Made by a program: the position numbers and the translations under genes. From NCBI GenBank assembly GCA_000320545.1, contig ADNK01000874.1, forward strand, positions 62,001-126,000: 64,000 nucleotides of DNA, read 5' to 3'. Numbering within the stretch: the first letter of the stretch is position 1; each line of letters opens with the position of its first letter. Under the pieces are notes generated by a model, which was not told the origin of the DNA, searched no databases, and saw only the letters and a program-made list of their open reading frames with translations. The stretch comes from Bigelowiella natans CCMP2755. Taxonomy: Eukaryota > Protista > Cercozoa. Below are positions 26,925 through 41,032 of the stretch, one piece after another.

Positions 26925-27236
26925 GTGTATGCGTGTGTGTGTGTGTGTGTGTACTTGCGATGGTGAGAGAGATTTAGGTAAAGTTGTAGAAGAATTTCCT
27001 AACAAGAAGAAACGAGAATTAGTGAAAGATCATATCGTGTTCATGCTTTATATGCTGCTATATATTATAGTAAGCATGATTGAATATTTTAAGTGAATTG
27101 AAACGGTCAAGAGACGTTTGAATACGAAGTGTACTATAACGCGAAGAATAATGTATGTGTGTACTATATTGTTGTTAGGCATGAGAGAGCCAATGCAAAT
27201 GAAAGCTATTTGTGTCCTGTGTGTCGGAACGAGTAA
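20498..27236 (+). CDS. Myb/SANT-domain ... RING-H2 locus (one long gene or two adjacent genes; internal structure uncertain)
   Basis: First exon MESSSNPWKLEEDIKLLQLRAQLGPDWSKIARKLSGR|STSAVEALARF is a Myb repeat. Large low-complexity exons at 20683-21395, ~22460-23843 and ~25301-26353. Final exons splice to a C3H2C3 RING: CAICQHHIRRDSGETIAALDCAHE|YHEKCLHAFIE|HERANANESYLCPVCRNE* (stop 27234-27236). Confidence 0.6.
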
Positions 27237-27246
27237 TTGTTCAATA

Positions 27247-27284
<38 letters not shown>

Positions 27285-27509
27285 CGAGGAAAAAAAAAGA
27301 AGATGGGGGAGAGATGAATTAAAAGAAGAAGAACAAGAAGGAGAACAAGAAGAAAGACAAATCCTAAAATGAATGATACTACCAAACTGCTGTTGTTTTT
27401 GTAAATGAGTAATAGTAGTAGTGGTGGTGGTGGTAATGTGTCGTTATCTTTCTTCAAGAATATCAATCCCTAATTCTCGACTGAATCTAGCACTATTCTC
27501 ACCTTTCCC

Positions 27510-27544
27510 TTCTCTCTTTCTCTCTCTCTCTGTCTCTCTCTCTT

Positions 27545-27596
<52 letters not shown>

Positions 27597-27848
27597 CACA
27601 AGTGTTTCACATGCAACAACTCTAGAACTTAACATTTTATTTGATTTTCGGAGGCAGATGTGTTTATTGGTGTTTGTGCCGTTACTTCTCTTCTTGCTTG
27701 CTGTCTCTGATGATGATCATGAGCATCTTGCTGTTCAAGAACTCTCACCAACTAATTAATTCACGGTTATTATTGTATTGTTGTTTGTTTATTGTATATA
27801 CAGCATCCAGACAGTCACCTTTCAGAAGTAGTAATGAATATAATGTTT

Positions 27849-27927
<79 letters not shown>
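27510..27927. repeat. Microsatellite cluster (CT)n and (CA)n(TA)n(TG)n downstream of the RING exon
   Basis: Seen directly in the sequence. Confidence 0.9.
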
Positions 27928-29016
27928 AAGAAGTAGTACTAGTAGTAAACTAAATGGTGGATATAGTATAAATAGCTTGTTTACCTGTTTCTAAATTGTC
28001 TAATGTGTTACAATTACTTTTGTATCATGTTGCAGCAATGAGACGACATCAACATGTGGAAGGTACTATCACTATCATTTGTAGAATCAATGCATTTTTG
28101 TAATTTGTCTTCTGTATCACTGCTACATCGTTGCTATTGGCCATTAGATATCCTCAAAGAAAGCGTAAGATACCGATCAAAAGTCTCATCCTATCTTGTA
28201 ACAAAAGGAAAAAAACCGTTTGAAATATGCTAATTTAAGAGCGTTTTAGAGTGCAAGTATGCTTGTTCATCGTCCAAGTCTCGAAGTTGTTCCTTGTCGA
28301 TAGTTACATATTTTTAGTAACATCAACAATAAGCTCGTCGCTTTCTACATTTTCATGCGCAACTTATATACCATGCTGTGTATGTGATGTGCAAATGGTA
28401 CACAATGCATGCTGCATGACATCCTAGGTCGGCAGTCTGCGCACTAGCTAGCTAGCGCACACATTATGGACAGTCATCATGGAATCAGCTATGTGTGCTA
28501 TCTAGCTATGCACAGCAGATTTTGTATCTATCACATACTAGCGAATTGCGCGTTACATCATTTTCTAGCTATGATCCAGCCAAGCGCGACGGCTGGCGGT
28601 GCAAAAATTAGCGCTTTATTTGAATGCTGAGCTGCTATTTAATTGTCACATATATAATCCAAAAATTGTATCAGCAGCATCATTTGTAATCGGCGACATT
28701 TGCCGCTAATCTTGCGAGAAGGCTAGAAGGAGCCCAGTCTCGCGGTGGGAGTTTAATTAACACAGCATGCGCACAGAGAAGATTCATATGTGTTCTAGTT
28801 CTTTTTTCCCTCATGTGAATGCATTGTGCGATTATCTAGTTATTGTTATGATCATGGAAACAGGGTGCTCTAATTGCTCTAATGGTCTGTGTGACCTTGA
28901 TGAGCATGCTAGCATGCATGGCCGACAAAGAAGAACTGCACCCTAGTGCATAGACTTAGCATCGTTGAATTAAGCAGAGCCAGTCTAGTTTGTTGGCGGC
29001 ATCTGCACACGCTGCA

Positions 29017-31291
29017 CTATATCTGTCCTGTCAAAGTGTTGAATCCATCCATTTTCAGGATCCTAGACGCAAAGGCGTGAATAACTTCCGCTACTTTTTC
29101 TGGACGATCTTCTTGTATCGAATGCCCGGACTGAGAGAGAAGATCGAGAACAAGCGCAAATTACATATGTTTACGTGAAAGTACGAACAGTAGCAGGGAA
29201 TACAGGATGGGCCCGCAATTTACAACGCAACAAATAACTACTTATGTGCAATTTACTCAGCATCCGAACCAAATCAGGAAATTCCAATATTGATATCATT
29301 TTGCTATCACATGAATAAGATTCTCTACCACAAAACAGCAGCAGGATCTACATACACACGCAGCAGAGATACAAAACACACACGTAGGCGGGACCTTAGA
29401 GACAAACACCATTTGGAACTTTCCCTGCATTTGTGCGACAGTGAGCTTCTTGTCCTTGGCCATGCGGTCCCTCCCCGCCAAAATCAACACTTTGGGTATC
29501 TTGAGTGAAACAACCAACTCGGTCATGCCCTGTAAAAAGGAATGCCAGAAATGAAATAGGGGAGGAGACATACGAATAACTTTAGCATCATTAGACGATT
29601 GTGATCGCATTAGATTTTCTCCCGTTTCTTCCTAATTGTAAGATAAGATTGATGCACAATCAACCTTGAACCAGTTCTTCCAGTACTTTTCAGAGAGGAG
29701 AAGATCTGTTCTCCATACATACCGACAACACGCCAGAGGTGACTGTTGCTGCAGCTGCTGATGCTGTTTTTGACCGTCCCCCTTCTCCTTGACCAATCGC
29801 CTCCTGACTTGTTTCTTGAGTTGTGAGGGTATTGATAAGCTTGCAGACTCTTCGTTTCGAAGCCATAGATTCTTTAAGGCTGTGCATGATACGGAATCAA
29901 CAATCAGTTATCATGAAGACTACATACTCGTGCAGATTAGATGTGACTAACATATCAAATGAACATCAATGTTGAATACTGCACACTACTAGCCGAGAGT
30001 AGTACGGCGAGAAGAGAAGGTAATTAATAGTGTAATTTCGGTAATGAAACATGTCAACTCGTTGTCATCATTATGCAATGACAAACCATGGTACTCACCC
30101 CAATTGACAGCGTCCTTGTTGGAGGGAAAAGAGCTTGGGCGACTACGAACCACATTGGCCATAGATGGTAGAGATGCAATGGCCGTTCCCTCCACCACAT
30201 CTACGATTACAAGACCCACAATCCTAGGAAGAAAGACAGAATGGAAGATATGATAATAAGGAATTAGGAAGGTAAGCGAGAGCGTTGATAAGTACTTTTC
30301 TCATCAAAGACAACTCTTAAACAGACTACCTAATCTTCTTCATGGCTTTTGCCACTTTGACCGCGAGAGAGCCGCCGAGACTATGGCCTGCAATAATCGT
30401 CGGTTCCTTCGAATCAATCTGAACAATTAGATCGGCCGATACCAATTCGTCGTTAAGGAGCACTCTTATCAGCTTTATTCACGAAGACTAATCTTACGGG
30501 AAAGAGGTATGCTCATGGCGGCGATTTGAAGTGCTTCTTTTCGAATAACGACTGCTCACTCACTCACCGTACTCTCCATGACGTTGACTGTATCTTTCAC
30601 TAGCTGTTCCACAGACATCAAGGAATCATCCACCGCCCTGAGAATAATAGGAAGAATATATATACCAAGCCTTCCCATTGTAACCGATACGTTTCATAAA
30701 CATGCACATGTATCACAGCCGAGAAATTGGCTGTGTGGTCTACACACCACCTTGTTCTTCCGTGGCCACGCATGTCATATGACAGGATCTTATACTCCTT
30801 TGATTTCATATGGGAAGCTAGGACAGCCCAACTCATTGCAGAATGCCCCGCCCCGTGCAGGCAGAATATATTCAAAGGTCCCTTACCCGCTGATTAATTG
30901 ATATTTAGGATGTCATTGCTGTCAGAATGTGTCCTGCATGAACTTTACTACCGGTGTAAACTCGAAATATGTCCTTCGTCTTGCTCGATTCACTTTCTCC
31001 TTGTGCACAATTAAGCCCCCCCTTCTGGTGGCCGCCTTTTGTACCTCCTGCCTCATTCGCACGCTCGATTGCTACGTCAATCTGTTTGTCCCAGTAAAGG
31101 TTCTTCTCATCCTCCAGCTCCTCATTGTTGTCCACTGTGACCCACTCGTACTTAGGGGAGGAGGAGGAGGAGGAGGAGGAGGAGGAGGAGGAGGAGGAGG
31201 AGGAAGCTAACGATGAATTGAAGTACGAGGAAGAATGCCGAGTCGTTGGTTTGGATTGTGGCTTCTTGAACCGAGGCGGGGGGGGCTGCAT
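29017..31291 (-). CDS. PPME1: Protein phosphatase methylesterase 1 (alpha/beta hydrolase)
   Basis: Motifs across exons: FCLHGAGHSAMSWA, YDMRGHGRT, IIAGHSLGG (nucleophile Ser), IVDVVEGTA...RPSSFPS, WRTDL...YWKNWFK|GMT...KVLILAGRDRM..LTVAQMQGKFQ, GHSIQEDRPEKVA (catalytic His). Confidence 0.92.
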
Positions 31292-31391
31292 GGTGCCTCT
31301 TCTCCTTCCGTAGGCTCTCTCTCTCTCTCTGCGAGCAACGCTGCAAGTGGGTGTCGCAGTCCCTTTTCCCCTGGTGATGCTCCCAATATGC

Positions 31392-31959
31392 CATGTCGCA
31401 TTGCAAAAACCGCATGTGTTTTCTTTTCGTCGCGACTGTGTGGATTGAATGATGTGTGTTGCCTCGAAGTGAGACAGGCTAGCAGGTAGCGATGAGGAAA
31501 GGAGGACGGTTCTTCACTTTGGTGCAGTTCATCCCTTGCGGTGATGGAGATGGAGATCAAACTGACTTTGCAGTGGACAATTTGTGCAAGGTGTAACGTG
31601 TGAGTCAGCTAGTAGCTAGCTAGCTAGCCAGCAGCACGGCCAGACGGGCTAGCGGGCCGGACCAGCGGACTGGCGGAGCACGCACACCACCCCCTAGCTA
31701 GCTAGCCCCCCCACACCAACAGAGATCAGCAGCATGGACTGGAGTCGAGTGCAGGAGCGGCCGCAATTGCACGCACGTCTTGTGAAGTTTTGGGAAAGGA
31801 CACTGCTAGACTGAGTGAGCACATGGCTTCACTTGCTGCGAGCAAGCATGCAACGCAGCACAACGATGAAACACAAAAACGCTCGCTTGGCAGGAGTGTT
31901 ATGGCTCTGAAAAATTGCTAAGCACTAGAGCGGACGCGATGTGTCGTGGTCTGTTCACA

Positions 31960-32008
<49 letters not shown>

Positions 32009-32390
32009 CTAGAGAGAGAGGGGGGGAAATGCCTGCCCTGGCCAATCTAGCTAGCTAGCAGTGCCCACACGTCTAGACAGCTAGACATGGCTAGAAGATG
32101 TGTGCATGCTAGCTAGCTAGCTTGTGCGAGCATGGAAGAGTGTGTTGTCTGTTTGCAGATTTGTGTGTGCGCGCGAACGTGAGAGAAGAGAGAAAACGCC
32201 ATGCATGATTGCGCCATGCTAGCATGCATGGACACTGAATCGCACACACGTAAAGCTAGCTAGTCTAGCTAGAAGGCATTGCATAACATTTTCAATTTGG
32301 TCACTTGTGTGCGTGCTTCGCCATCGCTAGATCGGATTGCACAAACATCGATCGCAGCTCACGTGCATGCTAGCATGACATCAGTTGATG
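31392..32390. other. TpA-depleted, CTAG-rich intergenic island 1
   Basis: By hand count roughly 28 of 36 TA dinucleotides are in CTAG. Contains (CTAG)n runs and abundant GCATGC, TGCA and CACA/TGTG; CpG is retained. Confidence 0.85.
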
Positions 32391-33529
32391 TAGTTGCAGT
32401 ACTCCATTACTATGTGGATAGAACCAAAATGACACATTGAATGATGAACAAAGGATAGCTCCTATTTTACTGCAGTCCATGCACATTCACAAACATTTTT
32501 GCCGAACTCATTTTCACGTTGGCATTTGGAGCAGTACCTAAAAATAGAAAGAAAGAACAAATATACGAGTTTACATCGCATTTTAGGTTTAATTAAATTT
32601 CAAAGGTATGCGTAAAATTTTCATCAACAAATCTTGTTTTCACACGTTCCATTTGTATAATTAAACATATCTGGTGTAGGCCTACTGACCATGTTTTGTT
32701 GTTAGGGTCTGGTTTATCTAAAATTGTCACCAAATTTCCATTGCGAACCTAGGTATATGCATTCATTTACTGAAATCAACTCGGAGGATAAGATTCACAA
32801 ACCGACTTAAACAGAAGAAGTGAAGGAAAAATATGAAGCAGAAATGACTTTTGATTGAGATTAAAGTAGTGAATTCGCTGATGCAACTTCTACCATTTGA
32901 AAAAGCTTCTCGAAAAACTCCTTTACGGAGTGCGCTGCTTCGACAATTCGCTTCTTGTTTTCTGTAGTAACAATGGTAGTATTGGTATAAGTAGAAGTTA
33001 TAGTAGTAGAAAGAAGTAGGAGCAAACCGATATGAAAAAAGGAAAAAAGATAACATCATGAAGGGGAACATCATCATAAGATACCATCATGATGTTCGTC
33101 CGAAAAGTAGTATACATACAAATATACAAAAACATTAATTAATATATTTATCTTATCTATCTATCTGTATGTCATAGGCAGTTAAGTATTTTACAAGACC
33201 GAATGACATCGTATGTGTACTGGTTATTGTTGTTGAAGAGCGGTGAACATTATGCCGCATATTTGCGACAAATAGCACAAGACAGTAAAAAAAAATCATG
33301 CTTGAAGTATCTAACGAAGTACAACCAATATAATACTCTAGCTTTCGCATGGGGACAGCGGTTATAGGTTTAGTGGTAGGTGCAGCAGGTGCCCTCGATG
33401 GTGTCTAGCCATGAATAATAAAAACACATCCATCACGGTTAATGTGATGATCAGATGGAAGAGATTGTGTACGCATTCAGTGTGATAACGGTGGTGCTGC
33501 TGCAGATATCTTACACTACTCTATAATCT

Positions 33530-34686
33530 AAGAATTCTTGGTGACAAAATAGGAAGTAGTGGACAACAACACACCACGACTGCTACGACGAGGACAACGA
33601 CACAAAAGACAACCGACCGAACTCTTGGATTTGATGTATTGCTTTATCGCTGTAATTTTCTTGGAAAGGAGAGATGGAGATTTCAAATTACTGGTGGCCT
33701 ATCGTAATTGATTCATTGATTAATTAGCTTGAGGATGAAGATTGTAGTATTGTGATGATGATGAGGAGGAGGGGGAGGAGGAAGAAGAAGAGAAACATCT
33801 TTACAACCTGCTGCTGTTGTTGCTGCTGCAGCTTTGCTAGAAGTGCAGCTTGACGATTAGGGTAAGCACCACCATTCTTAACAATACCCCCTGCTGTCTT
33901 GTTAACTATCATGTCCAGCAGCTTATCATATCGCTCTTCCATTAGCTTCAATTGGAATTCGAACAACTAATTACCGAAGGAAAATAATTTGATATCATCT
34001 GATGCGATTCTACCCGAACCTCAACGAAATGTTGTTGATATGTATTCGCAGCGGCAGCGGCAGCAGCCGCAACAGCAGGGGCAAGGTCATGCACGTTATA
34101 GAAGTAGCAAGCAGCAGTTGTAGTAGTAGTAGTTGTAGTAATAGTGGTATTAGCACCTTCTTTTTCGCATCAGATGCTGAGTAGAATGCCACCGGATTAA
34201 GAACCTTTTTCTGTGTTCGATAAGTAGATTATCATTCATTACTACCTTTACGTCTACTGTGCTTCTTCTTCTTCTTCTTCTTCTTCTTCTTCTTCTTCTT
34301 CTTCCATCAAACTTACTAGGTTACGAACGTACCCTATTTGTGGCAGTGATTAGATTGTCTACAGCTTCCAACAAGAAGTCGTAATCTTTTTCCTTCGATT
34401 CTGTGCCACCACAGTGAGTGAGATATCATATCACTGTTCATGAAAATGAGGCTATTTACAACACCACAACCAACATCATCATTATTATTCTCTTTTGATC
34501 ATTATCACCTTTACACTCGCCTATCTTATCTTGAAGCTGGCTCCTAATATCGATGGTATTGTCGTTATCATTTTCGCAGCACCATCAGCAGTAGTATCAT
34601 TATTTGTAATTTGAGACAACAGCAGCAGCAGCAGCAGCAGCAGCCTTGGTGAGTCGTAGGGAGAGACTCAGCGGAGGAAGAAGAAA

Positions 34687-34719
<33 letters not shown>

Positions 34720-35704
34720 ATGTCTGATCTCCTCTTATTACTTACTACTACCAAAACAATACAATCTACTACTGGTGCTACACTTTTTTCTTATGACGAC
34801 CTCAGTAGTTTGAGGTGGATGATATCATCTTCGCATTCATCGTATTTTTGCTTGTAAAACTGATGCCTAATATAAGAAAGCATTGTTTTATTCTAAGCGT
34901 TAAGGGGGGGGGGAAGAAGAAAAATGAGAGGAATGGAGAAAGAGAAAGAGAGAGGCTGCATATCAGCACGTGCTTGACAGACATATTGTCGCAGGATGCA
35001 CTACAAAGAGTAGAACCCATCGTTATATCATATCCGCAATCGTCGTCGTCGTCAACATCATCACTACTATCACAACCGCATCTCATCTTACATCTTTGAT
35101 TCTCGGAGTATTCTTTCTCTCTTAAGCACTTGCTCATCAACAGATCCCGACTGAAGGTTCCGACACTTGTAGTAGTTATCATGGTTCGCATCATCGCCCC
35201 CCACCTGCGGCAGCAGCAGCAGCAGCAGCAATATGTTCAGTCGTTGCTTTATCGATATGATGATGATGATGAAACGGCGTTGGTAGAATCAATATTCATC
35301 TACTAATCTCCATGCGTGCATACTCCTCCTATCCTTCCTCTCCTCCTCCAAGATGTTCTTTTCTCATCACCCTGTCGCAGCATTGTTACCTTAAATCGCT
35401 GCCTGCAAGCCCAGCACCAGTGGAACTTGCAGTTGGGACATATCATATGTAGGCAGTGGTCCTCGTTTGTGACATATCGTTCGATGTAGATTCCACACTG
35501 AGAAAGATGGATAGATAGATAAATATATGATGCTGCTGCCAGTATTGTATCAACTACTACTGCTGCTGCTATTACTCCCAAATCTAATGTTTGACAGCGG
35601 CCAACAAACACCTCCAAGGAGAAGAAAATAACGTCGTTGTAGAAGTATGGAAGAAGGCAGGAAGGATTTCTCAGTTGAGGATAACCCAAAGGTCCATCGT
35701 CATT

Positions 35705-35738
<34 letters not shown>

Positions 35739-35975
35739 GAATCACTACTACTACTACAACTACTGCTACTATTTATTGCACCTCAGGATTAGGGCAGGGT
35801 GCTGTGTTTAATTCTTTCCAAAGTCGAGTCTGTACGTTATCATTCCCTCGATGCTCAAAATCGATTGCATTTCTGCATGGAAGCGGTTCGTGCCCTCTGT
35901 TGTTTTCCGATCGATCGATGGTAGTCATAACAACAGCAGCAGCAGCAGCAACAACATCACATTTGCTATGTATAG

Positions 35976-36012
<37 letters not shown>

Positions 36013-37321
36013 TTGGGTGATGATTACCCTAGGCCACACTTTAAACAAAAGTTGTGTCCACATTCACATTCTATACTCTTAGACTTCGAGCCGCTAACAT
36101 CTGCATTAGTATCTTGGCCAAACATCTTTCTCCAGAGAAGAAGAAGAAGAAGAAGAAGAAGAAGAAGAACAATAGGAAGGTCTCTGAGAGCATATATTTT
36201 ATTGAACCGAACTTCTCTTTTGCTATTATCATCATCACCATTATCATCATATCATTATCATTATCATGATCAACAACAAAACCACGCTTACATCACCATT
36301 ACTTACACAACGTGCAGAGCCATGATACGTCATATGCATTGCGTACCGCTTCATTTGTCTTCTTCCACCATCTAGAGCATTTGGGGCAACTGCCAATCCC
36401 CGCATTTCTATAAGAACGTAGTTGGTCAGTTGTTTGCGACAAGAAAACGTGTGAAATATATGATAGTGTGTGAGTGTGTGAGTGTGTGCGTTTGTGTGTG
36501 TAGCAAAAATGGGCTGTGGTGTTTCTTCTTCTGAAGAGATCAAAAGTGTGAGCACAATTGATAGAAACAACAAATGTAGTACTACTACTACACCACGCGA
36601 TGATGCAGTATCAACAAGGAGCACACCTCGAAAAGTCTTTGAAATTTTTGAGGCACAATGCGTTGAATCTATCCTTTAACTTTTGGCTGGTGATATACTT
36701 ATTGAAGAGCTGGAGAGAGAGATTGTTCAGAGAAGAGTGATCTAACATTAAAACTACCTCCGCTATTTTCTGTTCTCCTCTTCCTCCTCCCCCATCTACC
36801 ACCCCTTTTCTATTCTTCCTCTCTTTACACCCTTCAACATAGTTTTCTGTATCAGCTACTGCACATACTTCTCGAGGCACTCTCTCTTGGCAAAAGCACC
36901 TAGGGGTAAATACAGAAAATATTGTCATCATCATCGTCATCATCATCGACAACAGCAGCAGCAACAACAACAATGCATACACGTATGGTGTACGATGCTG
37001 CGAGAGGAGCTATTCCCATCGCGTTTGAAGTACCCTCCCCCCTCCCCCCGTCTCTCCGCTCGGTCCTTAAATACTCGACGACTATGATGACAAGTAAGTA
37101 TGCACGAAAGTACTACCCATCCTTCCAGGAATGCGAGTGCAATTTGTTGCATTTGAGATAGTTACATCGAGTTTGCAAGCATGCTATGCCAGACTTGACC
37201 TTAAGCAATCGACAGGTTGTGGTAGAAGAAGTCGTAGTAGTTAATATTTTTTGCATTGTATGATGTCGTGCGAGTAGAAACCATTCTAATAGTTAATAAT
37301 TACATTGAACATTTCAATATC

Positions 37322-37363
<42 letters not shown>

Positions 37364-37480
37364 TCGTATTGTAACAACGTTGCAGTATCTGAAACACTTC
37401 TGATCATCTAATCATGTTCAGGTGAGTTCCTTTCTCCCTCCCAACCCCCCCCCCCCTATCCGCTTCACTCTCTTTCCTCA

Positions 37481-37549
<69 letters not shown>

Positions 37550-37886
37550 CCTCTCTAAAATTAATTTGTAATAATTCTTTTCTTCTTCATAAATAATCCT
37601 TTGATCATTAGCTTGGGTTATCAATAACAAATCGGCGGTCAGCAGCACCATCGCCACACCTGACTGGTGAGGAATAGATCCCAGTGTTCTTTGCATCTAT
37701 TTTGACGACGACGACCAAAACAACATCAACGTCTTAACGATGGTGAACGTTCAAATATGAGGCGGAATAATAATAATGGTGATGCTGCTGATGCTGTTCA
37801 TGATTAAATGAGAATATTTCAACAGAGAGTCAAGGATGAGCACACCGCATGATAGGATAAATGATATGGGAAAATATGTTTATATT

Positions 37887-37937
<51 letters not shown>

Positions 37938-37943
37938 GATTGA

Positions 37944-37974
<31 letters not shown>

Positions 37975-38278
37975 CGTATGCAAAGTGGAGGCTTGATACA
38001 TACACTACACACCTCCAGTGCCCACATGATGATAATGCTTCTCCATTCTTCTCCTGAAGTAAGGATTGTATTTCTACCTCTGTAACCAAAATTCTTTGGT
38101 ATTATCATCATCATCATCATCATCATCATCATGATCACCATAGTCATCGTCATTATCGTCGCCGTTGTCATCATTATCATCACTAAAATATGGTGACAAA
38201 AACGACAAGGGGGGGGGGGGAATATCGTACATCCGTTTTGCCTTTTCTTCCGTCACATTTCGAGCATTCGAACACCTT

Positions 38279-38313
<35 letters not shown>

Positions 38314-40009
38314 GATAACAATGATTACAGCAGCAGCAGGAGCAGGCAGAAAGTAGTTAAGAGAGGAAGGAGAACAAGAATGACAAAGACCCAGTACTAC
38401 TACCTCCATTTGCACTTCAGCACTTTTTGCCTAGGAGGGGGGAGGAGGTTGTGGGTGTACCATTTTATTCATATTATCAATCTAGTCACGTCGTTGTCCG
38501 TCGTCGTTAACATTGTGGTAAAATTGATAAGTGCAGCAAGTGTTGTATATGCCGTCTTTAATGGTTGTAGATGATGGTCATACAACATCACACTATATGC
38601 TGATATTGCTACTACTACGAACTTATCACATTAACATAAGCAAACATTACCAGTTGGATCGCTCGCAGAATATCCGGTGTCTTGTTACTGAAATGGGAGA
38701 AAGAAACACATAAGGCCTTGTCAATTTAATTTATTCTTCTTGTCTCGTCTCTGCCTTTCCCTTCCTATTTCCTTCCATTGTTTATTGCCAAATTGTTTTG
38801 TTTGTAACTCAAAGTGATATTTCTGTTTAAGAATTGAATTAAAATATCTTTATTATTAAATCACCCCTTTCCACGAAAATGGCGGATGATTCCCATTTGA
38901 TTTTCCCCTTTCAAAAGCAAAAAAGTAGGTCGTTACAATTGTAGAGAAAAGACATGAATTTTGATGAGAGAAATCGGAGGGGATAATAGTGCCAGCATTG
39001 ACCCTTCGCATATCAAGCAGTACTTCCTAATACCTTTTGCAATTTTTTTGAGGATGTTTTTGTATAAAGTTGATTCCGTGACCTTCTTGGTTGCCTGGTA
39101 GTCAAAATGATGAAGAAAATCGGAAAATAATAGTACGAGCATGTGCCATAATAATAACCATTCATCATCAATGTATGTATCATCCTCATTATTTGATAAT
39201 GATGCATGATTCAGTTACCACACCTTGTTGTCAGAATCATTGTTGGCAATGTAATCAACACAAATCCCATTCTTCATGGAAGAAGACGATGAACTTTCTT
39301 TGGACTTTCCACCAGCAGTATCAATCCCTAGGAAGAAATCGGAATTAGTGACGAAGGTATGATGATAGATACCACGACTTGTTAATATAATGTCTGCCAT
39401 GTTAAGAACAAGAACAGTGTCATGCTAAACCAATCTTACCGATTTCCTTGAGAAACTGGTGGATTCCCAATGTCTTCATCTCCGCTTGCACTTTCTCTAA
39501 CTCCCAATTGTACCTTGAGATAGTAGCAGCGACGATGAGAAAGATGCGGATGGATGATAGGTAATAATGAACAGATTGTAGAGTCTGGGGATTGTAGTAT
39601 TGAGATTATTGAAGATAACTTAAAAGCAAAGCTGTGTCAATTTGGAAGCGTTTCTAATCGTCGTCTCTCAACCTACGTCGAATTACTTTCTGAACACGAT
39701 TTGGCGCTGGCCTTCTGTCAAGTCCGGTAGGATTCTAGCCCCATTTATCAATACCTGAAGGTTGATAAGTACACAGGAATCAAACATAACAGGACAAACC
39801 CGGCAACGTCGCGCAACCATAGTATATCTCATTTATATTGCCATTATATTTTTTTACGATACGATTGGTGGTGGTACATGATTTAAAATAACAACCATTT
39901 CCATCTGTGTCAGGAGAAAATCGTCTCCCCCCTCCATACCCAGCATACTGAATCCTTCATTTGGATCAGTAGCACAGTTTGCAGACCTAGTCAATAGTAA
40001 GAGCGAGAT

Positions 40010-40042
<33 letters not shown>

Positions 40043-40523
40043 GGGTTAAAATTCTTCATAATTAAGTTTCGTGAATAGTGTCGGTACTTTTTGCTCGAAG
40101 ATTTTGCTTCAGACAAACTTGGAGGCCTTATTTTCATGACAAAGTTCATGATGATGATGATGATGATGATGATTGATGATGGTGGTGATGATAATTATGA
40201 TATATTATCATTTCGATTCGAATTTTCCTAAAAGAACGACACATGTCGCATGAATGCCACCTCTACACACACATGCACACACATACACACACACATACAC
40301 ATACACATAGACATACACATGCTCATGCATACCCATTTTCATCCTCATCCTCATCCTCATCGAACCAGTCTTCTACATCCACATCAAATGCGTCTTCGTC
40401 GTCTCCTGTAATGTCGTTACATTTTATTCTTTCACACGTTTCGAGAGTACAAGAATCTACAACAACTCGCTTCGCTTTCTGTCTCCCCCCTCCCCTTCCT
40501 TCCTCCCTGTCCTCCTCGCTCAT
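33530..40523 (-). CDS. Ariadne-type RBR E3 ubiquitin ligase (3' end approximate)
   Basis: Acidic N-terminus; UBA-like YNWELEK; RING1 pieces CLICE / LSSCGHW / CKEHWDLFL / IACLQTRC; IBR CPKC ... IECECGHNFCLKC ... HEPLPC; RING2 NTAPCPNPE|CGIYIERYVTNEDHCLHMICPNCKFHWCWAC; Ariadne-like helices DFLLEAVDNL and LFEFQLKLMEERYDKL. Confidence 0.8.
37326..37971. repeat. Microsatellite cluster (CA)n, (CT)n(GT)n, (TA)n, (TG)n in RBR-ligase introns
   Basis: Seen directly in the sequence. Confidence 0.9.
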
Positions 40524-41032
40524 TGCTCGATCTTCCTCGAATCATCCTCAAAAATTATGAAAGAAAGTGAATCCAGTCGTCTGACCCATAATCGAAGGTA
40601 GATTCTTGGAATTATTGGATCGGGTTTGTTGAGGGGCGGATGGGCTTGTTAGGAATATTCTTTGCTCGGGCTTTAAACAAGCGATAAAATCCTACCAAAT
40701 GTAGGGGTTTAACCATGTGCGACACTAAAAACTACGCATTTACACTAGAACACATTTCCTTCCTGTTTTGTCGCATGGTTCAGTTCGAAGTTGAGTCAGT
40801 GGTGATTTCCCTGCTACGACATGCGTGATTTCCTTGACGGCTGAATGAACATGCCGAACAAGAAGTAGGGTATGCTCGGGTATGCATTGCAGGATCTGCA
40901 AGATCTGCGTGCGAGGAGCACAATTCTTTTTCTCGTGAGTGTGCAGAGAGGAGATGACGAAATGAAATCCATCGTCAGACACCATTTTTTTGACAAAATT
41001 CAATCATGCCTACCATCCCTACGAGCACGTAA

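Noticed and set aside
32400-33500. Short ORFs in the AT-rich stretch after the RBR ligase
   Set aside because: Biased composition, no motifs and no consistent splice pattern; probably 3' UTR or intergenic.
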